This document shows positions 63,401 through 64,000 of a stretch of DNA of 64,000 nt, piece by piece. The stretch is taken from positions 25,544,001 through 25,608,000 of the forward strand of contig CM022671.1 in NCBI GenBank assembly GCA_012295275.1, written 5' to 3'. The DNA is from Chrysomallon squamiferum (taxonomy: Eukaryota; Animalia; Mollusca). Each line of letters opens with the position of its first letter. The first letter of the stretch is position 1. Under the pieces are notes generated by a model. That model did no database searches, had not been told where the DNA came from, and saw only the letters and a program-made list of their open reading frames with translations. Both the position numbers and the translations under genes were made by a program.

Positions 63401-64000
63401 AACAAACATGAGTATTCTGGCAGTTCAGTTGAAAAAACTGATGACAAACTTCCTAGCACAAAAGCAGAAAACTTGGTGTTATCTCGTACTTGTTCTGCCA
63501 ATGACACCCAGTCTGAAAATGAATATGTTCAAAAAGGAACTGAAAATAGAAATAAACCACAGAAAAGTTGGTCAGCTAACAGAAACCGGAAGCATTCTTA
63601 TTCTTCAAAGAGAAGACAGCGTACAGACAGTATCAGCAGTGAGGCAAGTTTTAGCAGTGATATCAGCTTCGAGGATGAACTTGAGGGAGAAGGGCAGACT
63701 CTGGACTGGAGCCAGGAGGTAGAACGTGAACTGGCCATGGTTGTTCATAATGGAACGCAAAAGTTAATAGAAAAATGTGATTATGAATATCCAGCAGATG
63801 AAGACATAACTGTCCCAAATGGTAGCAGATCTTCACCTAATGTAAATCAGAATTGTAATTCTATTAGGGATAATATAAACAGAGAGCATGTTGGGAGGAG
63901 GAGGCACAGAAAGAAAGGATCACGGGCCTCTAGTAGAGATTCTAGTTGTCACAGTAACTGTCAAGAGGACACAACTCCAATCACACGGAGAGGTCGAGGA
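60417..64000 (+). CDS. SMG6: Probable SMG6/EST1A (NMD endonuclease, telomerase-binding protein), 5' portion only
   Basis: Exon 1 60417-60474 (MAENDVVTIKYNDLQDIVQ, phase 1) splices to a large exon starting at 62496 that stays open to the window end (~500 codons; missed by the ORF track because it has no stop). It contains RRPPQQIYRPGLSRL (62534-62578; compare human SMG6 EBM1 RRPDLEIYKPGLSRL) and KRPDIPIYVPRG in a disordered region. The diagnostic EST1 and PIN domains would lie beyond the window. Confidence 0.8.
61100..62310 (-). mobile_element. 5'-truncated, degenerate non-LTR retrotransposon (I/Nimb-like clade): RT C-terminal region, RNase H and CCHC finger
   Basis: Minus-strand translation with stops and frameshifts: PIRNQSLRFCL*AFRSSPVEILY (compare PIHNQGLRLCLGAFRTSPVESLY). 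RNase H-type segments YTDG...SIFTVKVWAIFKVL...YIIFTDPLTCLQAL and IIFCW..HVGITGNEKA..AAKPALDL follow, then QCEHCQCILTVCHTLVEC at ~61255-61320. Ends are approximate. Confidence 0.85.

Noticed and set aside
62496-63722. ORF-track entries 62496-62834 (-), 62796-63230 (+) and 63378-63722 (+)
   Set aside because: Shadow or alternative frames over the long open SMG6 exon.
60417-64000. R3HCC1L as the identity of the last gene, since it has similar RPDxxLYVP motifs
   Set aside because: IYRPGLSRL and the N-terminal peptide fit SMG6 better, though R3HCC1L is not fully excluded without downstream exons.

Overview
AT-rich, microsatellite-rich eukaryotic (animal, probably invertebrate/mollusc-like) genomic DNA with spliced genes; most entries in the supplied ORF track are simple-repeat artefacts. 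By hand-splicing I reconstructed five complete genes and one partial gene. These are a divergent ~808-aa GT22 (PIG-B/PIG-Z/ALG9-like) mannosyltransferase with a C-terminal TPR-like extension (minus, 3 coding exons), TBL2 (minus, 11 exons), POLD4 (plus, 4 exons), STYXL1/MK-STYX (minus, 9 exons, one GC-AG intron), MDH2 (plus, 8 exons) and the 5' part of a probable SMG6 (plus, runs off the window). TBL2/POLD4 and STYXL1/MDH2 are head-to-head pairs, and STYXL1-MDH2 is also head-to-head in human. Also present: a degenerate RNase H-bearing LINE in SMG6 intron 1, a hAT-type MITE, several palindromes and tandem duplications, and a weak candidate spliced transcript at 2-5.7 kb. The best candidate for something new is the GT22+TPR enzyme. 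All homology calls come from motif recognition, not database searches.
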